Assembly (NCBI GenBank): GCA_023251075.1
Contig: JAHEZM010000011.1
Location: forward strand, 23,663 to 87,662
Direction: 5' to 3'
DNA: 64,000 nt
DNA from: Flavobacteriales bacterium
Lineage (GTDB): Bacteria > Bacteroidota > Bacteroidia > Flavobacteriales_C > GCA-002722245
Within the stretch, counting starts at the first letter, position 1. Every line of letters starts with the position of its first letter. The position numbers were made by a program, and so were the translations under genes. The notes under the pieces were generated by a model. The model saw only the letters and a list, made by a program, of their open reading frames with translations, ran no database searches and was not told where the DNA came from. Shown here in pieces: positions 50,057-60,915 of the stretch.

Positions 50057-51376
50057 ATGGAAAAAATGACCGAAAAAAAGCTCGCTTATAAAGTGAAAGA
50101 CATGTCTTTAGCTGAGTGGGGAAGAAAAGAAATTCGCCTTGCTGAAGCTGAAATGCCAGGATTAATGTCTCTTCGTGAAGAATTTGGAAAAGCTCAACCT
50201 TTAAAAGGTGCGCGTATCGCAGGTTGCCTTCATATGACCATTCAAACTGCTGTATTGATTGAAACTTTGAAAGCGCTGGGTGCTGAAGTAACCTGGTCTT
50301 CTTGTAATATTTTCTCTACACAAGATCACGCTGCTGCTGCTATTGCTGCTGCAGGAATTCCGGTTTTTGCCTGGAAAGGTTTAAACGAAGAAGAATTCGA
50401 CTGGTGTATTGAGCAAACGTTATTCGCTTTTGAAGGCGGAGAACCATTAAACATGATCCTGGATGACGGTGGTGATTTAACCAACATGGTTTTGGATCGA
50501 TTCCCTGAATTGGTAAAAGGAATCAGAGGTATCTCTGAAGAAACTACCACCGGTGTTCACCGTTTGCACGAAAGACATGCTAAAGGAACTTTAACATTAC
50601 CTGCTATCAATATCAATGACTCTGTTACTAAATCTAAATTCGATAACAAATATGGTTGCCGTGAATCATTAGTAGATGGTATCCGTCGTGCTACCGATGT
50701 AATGATGGCTGGTAAAGTTGCTGTTGTTGCTGGTTTTGGTGATGTAGGTAAAGGTTCTGCCGATTCATTAAGAGGTGCAGGTGCTCGTGTTATCGTTACT
50801 GAAATTGATCCAATTTGTGCGCTACAAGCGGCAATGGAAGGTTTTGAAGTTAAACCAATGGACAAGGCAGTTTTAGAAGCTGACATCATTGTTACTACAA
50901 CTGGTAACAAAGACATCGTTGTTGGAAAACACTTCGACAACATGAAAGACAAAGCTATCGTTTGTAACATTGGCCACTTCGACAACGAAATCGATATGGC
51001 TTGGTTGAACAAAACTTACGGAAGCACTAAAGAAAATATCAAACCACAAGTAGATAAATACACGAACAAAGCAGGTAATGACATCATTATTTTGGCTGAA
51101 GGTCGTTTAGTAAACTTAGGTTGCGCAACTGGTCACCCCTCTTTCGTAATGTCTTCTTCTTTTACCAACCAAACATTAGCTCAGTTGGAGTTGTGGTTGA
51201 ACCCTGGTAAATACGAGAACAAAGTATACGTTTTACCTAAATCGTTAGATGAGAAAGTAGCTCGATTACACTTGGCTAAAATTGGTGTTGAATTAGAAGT
51301 TCTAAATACTGAACAAGCTAAATATATAGGTGTACCTGTTGAAGGCCCGTACAAAGCAGACGCATACAGATACTAG
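50057..51376 (+). CDS. ahcY: adenosylhomocysteinase
   Basis: [16 protein letters not shown] start region and NAD-binding GFGDVGKG. Start chosen at the second in-frame Met. Confidence 0.95.
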   Translation: MEKMTEKKLAYKVKDMSLAEWGRKEIRLAEAEMPGLMSLREEFGKAQPLKGARIAGCLHMTIQTAVLIETLKALGAEVTWSSCNIFSTQDHAAAAIAAAGIPVFAWKGLNEEEFDWCIEQTLFAFEGGEPLNMILDDGGDLTNMVLDRFPELVKGIRGISEETTTGVHRLHERHAKGTLTLPAININDSVTKSKFDNKYGCRESLVDGIRRATDVMMAGKVAVVAGFGDVGKGSADSLRGAGARVIVTEIDPICALQAAMEGFEVKPMDKAVLEADIIVTTTGNKDIVVGKHFDNMKDKAIVCNIGHFDNEIDMAWLNKTYGSTKENIKPQVDKYTNKAGNDIIILAEGRLVNLGCATGHPSFVMSSSFTNQTLAQLELWLNPGKYENKVYVLPKSLDEKVARLHLAKIGVELEVLNTEQAKYIGVPVEGPYKADAYRY

Positions 51377-51398
51377 AATATCTTTGCTAATAAATTAA

Positions 51399-51431
51399 GG
51401 AAGACTGCTCTTTTGAGCAGTCTTTTTTTAT
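51399..51431 (+). terminator. intrinsic terminator after ahcY
   Basis: aagactgctc tttt gagcagtctt followed by a T-run. Confidence 0.5.
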
Positions 51432-51494
51432 TGTAACCTTTTACCACGTTGAATCGTTCAACGAGCATCTTAAAAAACATTAATCAAAAATCAC

Positions 51495-52877
51495 ATGAGA
51501 AAAAAATTACTCTTTTCTGTTCTTTCCTGTACCTTAGGATTAGGACTAAATGCACAAATTATCCCCAATGGTGGATTCGAAAATTGGTCACCAGTTAACT
51601 ATGAAAATGTAGCAGGTGCCGATTTTACACAGCACATAAAACAAAGTGGAGATAAAGTGGAAGGACAATATGCCGTAAAACTAGAAAACGTTACAGATCA
51701 AGGTAATGTAGATGTAGGTGTTGTACTGTTTGGACATGCAGGAAATAACGGAATTAGCGGAGGTGTACCTTATTCAGGATCTCCTGATTCATTGGTATTC
51801 TATGCTAAATATAACGTGTCAGCAGGAGATAGTGCACTAGTCATAGTTTTCTTCTACGATGCGGATGTACCTAGTCAGAATATGTTCTTCATCGACGGAA
51901 GCTCTAATTCTTTCAAGCGTTTTTCTTTTCCGATGAATCATGGAGGAAATGTAGATAGTATTGCCCTGGCTTTCACCTCTGGAAACTTTATGAGTAACCC
52001 TGTTGCAGGAAGCTGGATCATTTTGGATGATGCAATGTTTGTTGGTGCGAACGCTACCCAACTCAGCAATACTAATTTCGAAAACTGGAATACTAGTGGT
52101 TATGAAGACTTAGACTCCTGGATGACTAAAAATAGTGGGCGTTATAAAGACCATAAACAATCTACTGCTGAAAAATCAATGGATGCTCACTCTGGAACAT
52201 ATGCTTTAAAATTAACTGCAGATGTAATTATTGATCAACAATGGGGTGCCAGAAACGAAGGTTCTATAAGCAATTACTATGGAGTTCAAAATGGTTCAAT
52301 AGGAGGTTTTACTTTTCACAATACTGTTGATACTTTAGTAGGCTGGTATAAATACTCACAGGTAGGAACAGATACTGCAAATATAAGATTGGCCTATGTA
52401 GGAAATGGAGTAAACGGACAAGGAGCCAACATAAACTTATTGCCTGTTAATTCTTACACTTATTTTGAAATTCCTATTAACACAGGAGGAACACCTGACA
52501 CCTTGCAAATTGATATTGATGCTACTAAGTATCCATACAACCAAGGTAATAGCGGAAGTGTTTTATATCTTGATGACCTTGCGTTAAAATCAGATTTAAC
52601 AACAGGAATTAGTTCTGTAACTACAAATAATGGCGTATCTGTGTACCCTAATCCAGTACAAGATATGGTAAGCGTTAAATTTTCATCTACAGAAAATCAA
52701 ACTGTTACTTTAGCGATATACTCTATCGAAGGAAAACTATTAAGTTCAAAAACTTTTGGAGCTGTAAATGGAAATAATCAAATTTCTATGTCAACCTTAG
52801 ACTTATCGAAAGGTATTTACCAATATGTTTTAAAAGGAAACGATAGCATCCTTTCAACTGGACAATTAGTGAAATAG
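51495..52877 (+). CDS. secreted T9SS type-A CTD protein, internally duplicated GGFENW-domain (paralog 1)
   Basis: Signal peptide. Two ~170-aa repeats each starting (N)GGFENW / TNFENWN. C-terminal Por_Secre_tail (VYPNPVQDMVSVKF...GIYQYVLKG...LVK). Confidence 0.8.
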   Translation: MRKKLLFSVLSCTLGLGLNAQIIPNGGFENWSPVNYENVAGADFTQHIKQSGDKVEGQYAVKLENVTDQGNVDVGVVLFGHAGNNGISGGVPYSGSPDSLVFYAKYNVSAGDSALVIVFFYDADVPSQNMFFIDGSSNSFKRFSFPMNHGGNVDSIALAFTSGNFMSNPVAGSWIILDDAMFVGANATQLSNTNFENWNTSGYEDLDSWMTKNSGRYKDHKQSTAEKSMDAHSGTYALKLTADVIIDQQWGARNEGSISNYYGVQNGSIGGFTFHNTVDTLVGWYKYSQVGTDTANIRLAYVGNGVNGQGANINLLPVNSYTYFEIPINTGGTPDTLQIDIDATKYPYNQGNSGSVLYLDDLALKSDLTTGISSVTTNNGVSVYPNPVQDMVSVKFSSTENQTVTLAIYSIEGKLLSSKTFGAVNGNNQISMSTLDLSKGIYQYVLKGNDSILSTGQLVK

Positions 52878-52896
52878 TCGATATACTTTATATTGA

Positions 52897-52928
52897 AAAG
52901 GGCTGATATATATCAGCCCTTTTTTTAT
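52897..52928 (+). terminator. intrinsic terminator
   Basis: aaagggctgatatatatcagcccttttttt. Confidence 0.6.
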
Positions 52929-52982
52929 TTGACTCCCTAGAAACTAAAAAGTATATTTGCAGGAAACATTAATCAAAAATTC

Positions 52983-54377
52983 ATGAGAAAAAAATTACTT
53001 TTTTTATTATCTATAAGTATTGGTTTCAATACTGTAGCTCAAATCTCTAACGGAGGATTTGAAAACTGGAGCAATTCCAGTTGGGATGTATTGGATGTGG
53101 TAAATCAATCACAAAGTAAAAAATCAGTTGATGTTCATGGCGGACAAGCAGCAGTTAAATTGGAAACTGCAATTAATGGCGGAGATACCACTTTTGGTTA
53201 TTTTATGTATGGTAATTTTGGTAATGGCCCTGAGGGAGGTATTGCCTACAACGAAATGCCCGACTCCATTGTGGGATACTCAAAATACGACATACAACCT
53301 GGAGATACCGCATTACTTTTAGTGATAGTTAAATCAGGCGGACAAATGATTGGTGCCGGAACATACAACATCACCGGTACACAAAACAATTATGGTCGTT
53401 TCGCTTATAAAATTGATTACATGATGATGAGTGCAGTAGATACTGTTTTTATGGTGGCTACCTCTAGTAATGTTATTAATAATATAGGTGTTCAGCCAGG
53501 AAGCTGGATTATATATGATGATATTTCATTTACCGGAGTGAACACTCAAATACCCAACCTCGACTTTGAAATGTGGAATACCGTAAATGTAGATCAACCC
53601 GATAATTGGTCCACCTATAGTGTTAATTTAGTACAAGGAGGATTTCCTGATTATATTGAAAAAACAACCGATATGCATATGGGTAACCACGCCCTCAAAA
53701 TCACAACACAAGAAATTAATCACGACAACAAAACAGATTATGCTGTTTCTGTTTCCAATGGTATCAAAAATCCAGCTCAAGGTCAAGGTCAACCTGAATA
53801 TATCGGAGGCACACCTTTTACCAATCAAACAGATACTTTAACCGGGTATTATAAATATATTCCTATTAACAGTGATTCAGCAACTGTTACTGTTCAATTA
53901 AAAAACCAAGGAAATAATCTGGCTTATGTTGTGAAACAACTTCCTGCTGCCGGATCTTTTACTTATTTTGAAATTCCCTTTTCGGGCAACAGTGCTCCAG
54001 ATAGCATTTTAATAACTTTATACTCTTCTTCATGGCCTTACACTCATAGCGATTCTGGAAGCGTTGTTATTTTTGATGATCTGCAATTTAAATCAGACAT
54101 CTCTGTAGGAATTACGACCCTATCCAATAGCAATATATCTGTTTATCCTAATCCTTTCCAAAATCAATTGACTGTGAATTTCAATTCCTTAGTAGCGCAA
54201 CAAACTGCTTTTGAAATTTACAATATGGAAGGAAAATTGGTGCACTCAAATTTGTTTGTAGCTAACACTGGTCAAAATCAAATGACAATATCTACAACGA
54301 ATTTATCTCAAGGATTTTATCACTATGTTTTAAAAGGAAACAATGAAATTCTATCTACCGGAAAAATGGTAAAATAG
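52983..54377 (+). CDS. secreted T9SS type-A CTD protein, paralog 2 of the upstream gene
   Basis: Same architecture and the same first seven residues (MRKKLLF). Roughly 40% identity to paralog 1 by eye. C-terminus ...GFYHYVLKGNNEILSTGKMVK. Confidence 0.8.
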   Translation: MRKKLLFLLSISIGFNTVAQISNGGFENWSNSSWDVLDVVNQSQSKKSVDVHGGQAAVKLETAINGGDTTFGYFMYGNFGNGPEGGIAYNEMPDSIVGYSKYDIQPGDTALLLVIVKSGGQMIGAGTYNITGTQNNYGRFAYKIDYMMMSAVDTVFMVATSSNVINNIGVQPGSWIIYDDISFTGVNTQIPNLDFEMWNTVNVDQPDNWSTYSVNLVQGGFPDYIEKTTDMHMGNHALKITTQEINHDNKTDYAVSVSNGIKNPAQGQGQPEYIGGTPFTNQTDTLTGYYKYIPINSDSATVTVQLKNQGNNLAYVVKQLPAAGSFTYFEIPFSGNSAPDSILITLYSSSWPYTHSDSGSVVIFDDLQFKSDISVGITTLSNSNISVYPNPFQNQLTVNFNSLVAQQTAFEIYNMEGKLVHSNLFVANTGQNQMTISTTNLSQGFYHYVLKGNNEILSTGKMVK

Positions 54378-54395
54378 AAAATCACCAATCATAAA

Positions 54396-54430
54396 AAAGG
54401 GTCCCGAGAATTTCGGGACCCTTTTTTTAT
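54396..54430. terminator. bidirectional terminator shared by paralog 2 (+) and aroA (-)
   Basis: aaaagggtcccgagaatttcgggaccctttttttat. Confidence 0.6.
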
Positions 54431-55647
54431 TCTTTACATTCAAATCCTACCTTTTGCAGGTCCTTCCAAAAATCAGGATATGACTTAGCTACCACTTCCG
54501 GCTCTTCGATTTCAAGTCCTTTTATCAACATTGCCAAAGGTGCAAAAGCCATCGCCATTCTGTGGTCTTCATAAGTACAAACAGAAACGGTTGAAGCTTC
54601 TAATTTTCCTGGATTTACTTCCATCGCAAAATCACCTTCAGCATCTACTTTAATTCCGAATTTTTTTAATTCATTTTGAACGGCTGTAATTCTATCAGTT
54701 TCTTTTATTCTTAAACTCTCCAATCCGGTTAATCTTCCACCTAAATTCATTCCGGCTAGAGTAACTGCTAGTGTTTGTGCTACATCCGGACAATCGGTAA
54801 AATCTTGTTTGAAATCAGAAACCGGAGCAATTTTATTTTTAGTAAGCTTAACACCATCCTGAATGAATTGTGTTTTTACACCCAATCGTTCGTACATAGC
54901 AACAATAGCCGAATCGCCTTGAGTGCTATCTTGTTTCAATCCTTTTATCGTTAAGTCTAAATCATCCGCAAAAGCTGCCATTTGGTACCAATAACTTGCA
55001 CCACTCCAATCTGCTTCCACCACAAATTCTTTAGGTTGATATTCGCCCTCTTCCACTTTAATCACCGAACCTTTCCACAACCATTTTATTCCAAAATATG
55101 CCATTAACCTTAAGGTCATATTTAAATAAGGAACTGACGCCACTTTTCCCACCAAATGCATTTCTAAGCCTCCTTTTAATTTTGGAGCAATCATTAAAAT
55201 AGCCGATAAATACTGACTACTTACACTTCCATCGATAGAAATTTTTCCGCCTCTCAACTGCCCGCCTTTTATTTTCAGCGGAGGGCAACCTTCTTTTTCC
55301 ATATACTGAATATCTGCACCCAATTGCTTAAGTGCATCTACCAATATTCTGATCGGTCGGTTTTTCATTCTTTCACTGCCGGTAAGAACATGAGTGCCTT
55401 CCGATAAAGCAGCAAATGCTGTAAGAAAACGCATGGTAGTTCCTGCCGGGCCAACATCCCATGTTTCACCTTTCGATTGCAAAAGATCAATCATCGTTTG
55501 GGTATCTTTTGCGGCCGCTAAATTGTGAATGGGGAATAGTGTATCACATAAAGCACGAATCATCAACACTCTATTGCTTTCACTTTTTGATGCAGTGAGC
55601 ACAATTTCTCCTCTTATACTTTTATTTTCCTTGTTTAATTTAAGCAC
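54427..55647 (-). CDS. aroA: 3-phosphoshikimate 1-carboxyvinyltransferase (EPSP synthase)
   Basis: LTASKSESNRVLMIRAL N-terminal motif. 406 aa. Confidence 0.95.
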   Translation of the reverse strand: MLKLNKENKSIRGEIVLTASKSESNRVLMIRALCDTLFPIHNLAAAKDTQTMIDLLQSKGETWDVGPAGTTMRFLTAFAALSEGTHVLTGSERMKNRPIRILVDALKQLGADIQYMEKEGCPPLKIKGGQLRGGKISIDGSVSSQYLSAILMIAPKLKGGLEMHLVGKVASVPYLNMTLRLMAYFGIKWLWKGSVIKVEEGEYQPKEFVVEADWSGASYWYQMAAFADDLDLTIKGLKQDSTQGDSAIVAMYERLGVKTQFIQDGVKLTKNKIAPVSDFKQDFTDCPDVAQTLAVTLAGMNLGGRLTGLESLRIKETDRITAVQNELKKFGIKVDAEGDFAMEVNPGKLEASTVSVCTYEDHRMAMAFAPLAMLIKGLEIEEPEVVAKSYPDFWKDLQKVGFECKE

Positions 55648-55648
55648 T

Positions 55649-56725
55649 TTACAATACAGAATTAAAATATTTCAATGCCTCAATAATTTGATTTTTATCA
55701 GCTGTATAATTCACTTCTCCTTCTCCTATCGATTTCAATAAAGTGAAATTAATTGTTCCTTTTTCATTCTTTTTATCATTACCCATCAACCGAACATACT
55801 TATTAAAATGTTCTTCTTTTAATGGTACCGGGTGATACAGTTTCACCAATGATTTTACAACATCATCCACTTCAATTTGCGGCATATCCGCAATTTTATT
55901 GCTCAAATACAATTCAGCAATCATTCCAACAGCAATTGCTTCACCGTGCAACAAATCTTTTATTTCATTTTTTTCTAAAGATAAAGTTTCAACAGCATGA
56001 CCAATCGTATGACCAAAGTTCAATAATTTCCTCAATCCTTTTTCCTTTGGATCTTGTAATACAATATCATTCTTAATTTTTACCGACCAGGCAATTTGCT
56101 CATCCCAGTTTACAGTATTCAAATCAATATTTTTTAAAACTTCCCATTGCGCTTTGTCACGAATTAAAGCATGTTTTAAAATCTCCGCCCATCCTGAACG
56201 AATTTGAGATTTAGGTAAAGAATTTAAAAATGGAGTGTAAATAAAAACGCCTTGAGGGAAATTAAAAACGCCTATTTGATTTTTTAATCCATTCAAATCT
56301 ATCCCTAATTTTCCTCCCACCGACGCATCCACTTGTGATAATAAAGTAGTGGGAATATTTACGAAATCAATTCCCCTTTTGTAGGTTGATGCAATAAATC
56401 CACCCATATCTCCAATCACTCCTCCTCCTAAATTTACAAACAAAGCTTTTCTATCTGCTTCGGCTTCACTAAGAGTTAACCACACTTGTGCAACTACCTC
56501 AATACACTTGTTGATTTCGCCACTTTCTATTTCTATAATTTCTGAATCTTTTAAATATTCTACTTCTGCCAATAAAATGGAGAGACAATGTTTGTGCGTG
56601 TTTTCATCCACCATCACAAAGCATTTGGAATATTTTACCGGATGTTGCTCCAAAAATGATTGCAGATGATCTAAAACATCCGAACCAATATAAACAGAGT
56701 AATCCTGAGATTTAATTTCTTGCAC
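55649..56725 (-). CDS. aroB: 3-dehydroquinate synthase
   Basis: NLGGGVIGDMGGF NAD-binding loop and metal-binding HTIGHAVE. Confidence 0.95.
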   Translation of the reverse strand: MQEIKSQDYSVYIGSDVLDHLQSFLEQHPVKYSKCFVMVDENTHKHCLSILLAEVEYLKDSEIIEIESGEINKCIEVVAQVWLTLSEAEADRKALFVNLGGGVIGDMGGFIASTYKRGIDFVNIPTTLLSQVDASVGGKLGIDLNGLKNQIGVFNFPQGVFIYTPFLNSLPKSQIRSGWAEILKHALIRDKAQWEVLKNIDLNTVNWDEQIAWSVKIKNDIVLQDPKEKGLRKLLNFGHTIGHAVETLSLEKNEIKDLLHGEAIAVGMIAELYLSNKIADMPQIEVDDVVKSLVKLYHPVPLKEEHFNKYVRLMGNDKKNEKGTINFTLLKSIGEGEVNYTADKNQIIEALKYFNSVL

Positions 56726-56816
56726 TACGTAAAATTTGGAGAGCTAAAATAGCAAAAAGTTTAGAGTTTAAGCTTTCCCTAATTAAGTGAATAAAACTTA
56801 AACTCTAAACTTTAGC

Positions 56817-58772
56817 TTATTGTACAGGACAACCGTTTGTTTCAGGAGTTCCTGCACGGAAAGGACATGCATCTAACACGTCGGGAACTGTATCATGATC
56901 CGTATCTAAATTTGTACATCCTTTTAATTCAACAGTACCTTTATCTTTCGGGCATTTATCTTCATTATCAAAAACACCATCACCGTCTGAATCCGGACAA
57001 CCACCATGAGCTAAATCACCTTTCAATAAAGGACACATATCATCAGCATCTGAAAGTTGGTCATTGTCTCTATCAGGACAGCCTTTCATAGCCAGAGCAC
57101 CTGCGACATTCGGACAAGCATCATCTTTATCCGGAATACTATCTTTATCTAAATCGGGGCAACCTTTAATTTTACCATATTCTGTAGGGCACTGATCTGT
57201 TCTGTCGGCTACACCATCATTATCGGCATCAGGACAACCACCGGTTTCTGAGTGACCAAACTCAGTTGGACAAATATCTTCATTATCGGCTACACCATCA
57301 CCGTCCTGATCAGGACAACCTTTGTGCTCTGGTTTACCCACTTTATCAATACACTTATCTTCGTAGTCGTTAACACCATCCTGATCGGTATCTTTCTTCG
57401 ACAAATCACGTTTGATCTTCTCGTTTTTCTTCTCTTCTTTCGACATTTTTTTGCTATAACCAGTCATGATATTAATTCCAATTCTGGCATTCAAAGTTTT
57501 GGCATAATCCATTTGAGTAAATCCAAAAACATTATCTCCTGCTGCATAAATTTGTACTGGTCCGAGATTCAGTGCAAATGCAGCACCCAGATTAGTATAA
57601 CTACTATTCAAAATAGAATAACTAGCACTTATCTGCATCATTTTGCCTAAATTAACTCCACCTAAAGCAGTAAAAGAAGGATAAATATGGTTGGCGAATA
57701 ACTGACCATGAAAAACAGCACCCGCGTTGAACCATTTATTAAACTTGTACTGCCCGCCCAAATACATATTCCCTACCAACTTAGTAGAAAAGGCCAACTC
57801 GTCTTTTTTCAAGCCAAAAACATTCTGTAAACTATCCGCGAGATGAGAAGCATAATTTCTTGATGCAGCCGTATCAGTCAAATATTTCATGATATCTAAT
57901 CCGCTCCATGTAAATTCCGCCTTGTTATTATAATATCTACGCGCATCGGTTTTCCAATTGATTAAACCTATATCGGTCAATGAAGCAGAAACAGAAATCT
58001 TATCAGTCAATTTATAATTTCCACCTAAATCAATCGCAAAACCTTTATTCTCCCAATTGGTTAAATAAGAAAGGGGATCAAATTTCTTGTTACTATCGGT
58101 AAGAAAACCCAAGCCTGCTGTACGAAAACCAATGGTTGAGGTAGCTGTAAGAGAATAGTCGGTAGCATCAGTAGCTAATTTTATATCCAAATCTTCACTA
58201 TTGATATGACTCAAACCTTGTAAAAGTTTAAACTTAGTACCTACACTCAAGCGATCATTAAACTGACGAGTATAACCCAACCCATATTCGCAGAATGAGG
58301 AGAATCTGAATCCTGTTCCCGACATCGACATCGTTTGGCCTATAAAGGGAGCAGTACCTTCTGCTAACAACCTCATGAAATCTTTCGAATAATCGAAGTT
58401 AAATGCAACACGTTCTGTTACATTAAACGAAAAATAATTTTTTTCCTTTATTTTAAAACCAAAACTCAGTAAATCAACATTAAGATTCAAAGACAAGTAA
58501 TTATCTTTCTTTAAACTTTTAACCAATTCTGCAGTTGAGATATCTGTTGAAGAGGAAAATAAATCAGAAAACACAAAACCGGTATTCACCAAGCTCATAT
58601 CGAGATATGAAATAACAGGTAATCCTAAGTGGAATTTAGCTTTCGGCATTATACCCGGATTGGTTCTGGTACTTTGCGGAATCATATCCATATTATAAGT
58701 AGTTAACCCCTGCCCGAAAGTTGAACTACCAACTACTGTAACCAACAGTAATAAGAGAACTCTTTTTATCAT
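56817..58772 (-). CDS. outer-membrane beta-barrel protein with C-terminal thrombospondin type 3 (calcium-binding) repeats
   Basis: Signal peptide. ~430-aa region with alternating-pattern beta strands, then at least eight DxDxDGxxDxxD repeats (CPDQDGDGVADNEDICP). No OmpA-C domain. The start overlaps the upstream stop (ATGA). Confidence 0.7.
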   Translation of the reverse strand: MIKRVLLLLLVTVVGSSTFGQGLTTYNMDMIPQSTRTNPGIMPKAKFHLGLPVISYLDMSLVNTGFVFSDLFSSSTDISTAELVKSLKKDNYLSLNLNVDLLSFGFKIKEKNYFSFNVTERVAFNFDYSKDFMRLLAEGTAPFIGQTMSMSGTGFRFSSFCEYGLGYTRQFNDRLSVGTKFKLLQGLSHINSEDLDIKLATDATDYSLTATSTIGFRTAGLGFLTDSNKKFDPLSYLTNWENKGFAIDLGGNYKLTDKISVSASLTDIGLINWKTDARRYYNNKAEFTWSGLDIMKYLTDTAASRNYASHLADSLQNVFGLKKDELAFSTKLVGNMYLGGQYKFNKWFNAGAVFHGQLFANHIYPSFTALGGVNLGKMMQISASYSILNSSYTNLGAAFALNLGPVQIYAAGDNVFGFTQMDYAKTLNARIGINIMTGYSKKMSKEEKKNEKIKRDLSKKDTDQDGVNDYEDKCIDKVGKPEHKGCPDQDGDGVADNEDICPTEFGHSETGGCPDADNDGVADRTDQCPTEYGKIKGCPDLDKDSIPDKDDACPNVAGALAMKGCPDRDNDQLSDADDMCPLLKGDLAHGGCPDSDGDGVFDNEDKCPKDKGTVELKGCTNLDTDHDTVPDVLDACPFRAGTPETNGCPVQ

Positions 58773-60871
58773 TGTTTATCTTTAATATCAATAAATACTT
58801 TTGCCACTACACCCAGCTTAACATTCATCTTATAATGTGCATAAAATTTGGCTGCTGTTGCACCATTGTTGGCGGTAGCCATCTTTGAACAAATTATAAT
58901 ATATTTAGCTGTTTTCAATTTTTCTACCATTGCTTCATCCACCGAGAAATCGGTTTGTTTGGGTGCAGAAGCAGCAGTCATTTCTCCATTTACATCCACT
59001 ATACAAGAAGGAACTACCTGCTCATATCCAGAATGGAAAATAGAATCAATTACTGTTTTGGTAGAATCCATAAAATACATTTGAACATTCGCTTCTATAG
59101 GAAACTCACTAGTAATAATACTTCTCAAGGATGCTGTTTTCACATTTTTAAATGCATCAGAAGGGAAGGCAATAGTGTCTTTAATACTCAAGCCTGAAAC
59201 ACTTCCGTACAATGGAATATCCAAATCCATTGAAACAGTAATAGAACTTGTATCGGTAATAAAGTTCGTTACTTTACCGCCAGGATTAATGGTACCTGAA
59301 ATTCCAAAATAAATTTCTTTAGGATTGCTGGCTAAAATCTGCTGAATGTTAGTAGTGTTTTTATCGATTAAAATATTGGTGATAGCAGTTTGACCAACAA
59401 CACCCGGACTATTAATCGTTAAAGGATTAGCTATTCCGGTAAATGGAATTAAAGTATTGTTTTGATCTTTTACAGCCATAGCTGAAAGATCCGCATCCAT
59501 TGGAATACCAACAGAATTTTTCAACTTCAAAGTAATTTTAGGATCTGCTAAAGTAATGGTAGCACCTAAAGGACTTTTAAAGAAATCCATTGCTGCAGAA
59601 TCAGAGGCCATGTTTAAAGTTTGATTGCCCAAATATCCTTCCAAATAAGAAAAAGCCAATTGATCAATCGTGATCTGCGCACTCACTACATCTCCTGTAT
59701 CTATAGGTATAGCTTGTCCGCTAGAAATCACACTAGCCTGAATAGTTGCCGGAAGAAAATTGTAAGTAAGTCCCCCGTTGGTTAAATCAAAAGTATAATC
59801 TGCTAAATCGAATGTTCCTGTAACGTTAGTAGAATTAATATGATCAGAAGTAATATTGATTGTTTGAGAAAAAGCAACATTGTTTTTCTTCACTGAAGGA
59901 AGAGTTAAAATAATTTGTGCATTTTCTCTAATTCCATAATCTATATCGTAAGAAATTTGTCCGCCCTTTAAAACAATAGTATTTAATTCCTCACCATTGG
60001 TTAAAGCCAAATTGGTATTGATAGTTTGATTCACCACCTGCTGACTAGGAAAAATGGCAGAAGCGCTCAATACACCAATATTTGCTGTAGCAATTCCAAT
60101 CGATAAATCATCTGTAAGATCAATAGGTACAGCAGCAGGAAAAGTACCAGGAGAACTAAAAGAAGCAATCACCATATTTAAGGAGTTACTCATAGTAACA
60201 CCCGCTAGATTTACATTTTTGGAATCAGTAGAGGAAGCTGCTATAGAAGGGAAATTAAAAGTTCCGATTAATGAATTGCCTACAGAATTTCTAATTTCAA
60301 TTTGAACATTATCCAATTGTATTGGCCAGTTGTTAGTAATGCTTAAGGTTAAAGTACCCTGATAAAAAGAAACCGAATTAAATCCACTTAAAGCAGGCAC
60401 CGGAAAAGTACCACCATCTTGTGCGGGAATAGCTGGAAACGGAGCAGTATTACCATTGGCCGATTGAATATTGGTTTTCTCAGGATCATTCATATTCCCC
60501 ACTACATTTCCTAAGGTAATAGATGTTCCGGTATTGATATCAGGAATTGAAAAGTCACCCACACCAAAACTTTGAGAAATAGTTTGCGAGGGAATACTAA
60601 TCAAATCAGCAACTTTATAAGAGAAAAGATCGGTAGAATAAGTAATGTGTAATAAATCATTAACATCAGTATTTATATAAGTAGTATCGGCTTTTTCAAG
60701 TAAATCGCCCAATACCAAATCGGTATTAATTAAAGGAGCCGCAACCGAAGGGTTGTATCCGGTAGTATTTAAATTATCAAAGTCGTATTTATCTTTTAAA
60801 CAGGAAGAAAAACCCAATAGAATTGTAAAAAGCAGTACTAATCTCATCATAAAATAAAGTAATTGACTCAC
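58769..60871 (-). CDS. large Thr/Ser/Asn-rich hypothetical lipoprotein
   Basis: Signal peptide with lipobox LGFSSC. 700 aa, no recognized domain. Confidence 0.6.
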   Translation of the reverse strand: MSQLLYFMMRLVLLFTILLGFSSCLKDKYDFDNLNTTGYNPSVAAPLINTDLVLGDLLEKADTTYINTDVNDLLHITYSTDLFSYKVADLISIPSQTISQSFGVGDFSIPDINTGTSITLGNVVGNMNDPEKTNIQSANGNTAPFPAIPAQDGGTFPVPALSGFNSVSFYQGTLTLSITNNWPIQLDNVQIEIRNSVGNSLIGTFNFPSIAASSTDSKNVNLAGVTMSNSLNMVIASFSSPGTFPAAVPIDLTDDLSIGIATANIGVLSASAIFPSQQVVNQTINTNLALTNGEELNTIVLKGGQISYDIDYGIRENAQIILTLPSVKKNNVAFSQTINITSDHINSTNVTGTFDLADYTFDLTNGGLTYNFLPATIQASVISSGQAIPIDTGDVVSAQITIDQLAFSYLEGYLGNQTLNMASDSAAMDFFKSPLGATITLADPKITLKLKNSVGIPMDADLSAMAVKDQNNTLIPFTGIANPLTINSPGVVGQTAITNILIDKNTTNIQQILASNPKEIYFGISGTINPGGKVTNFITDTSSITVSMDLDIPLYGSVSGLSIKDTIAFPSDAFKNVKTASLRSIITSEFPIEANVQMYFMDSTKTVIDSIFHSGYEQVVPSCIVDVNGEMTAASAPKQTDFSVDEAMVEKLKTAKYIIICSKMATANNGATAAKFYAHYKMNVKLGVVAKVFIDIKDKQ

Positions 60872-60915
60872 TTCCTACGGTAAAGAAAAAAGAAGGTTCT
60901 GTTTTTTCTGTTTCT

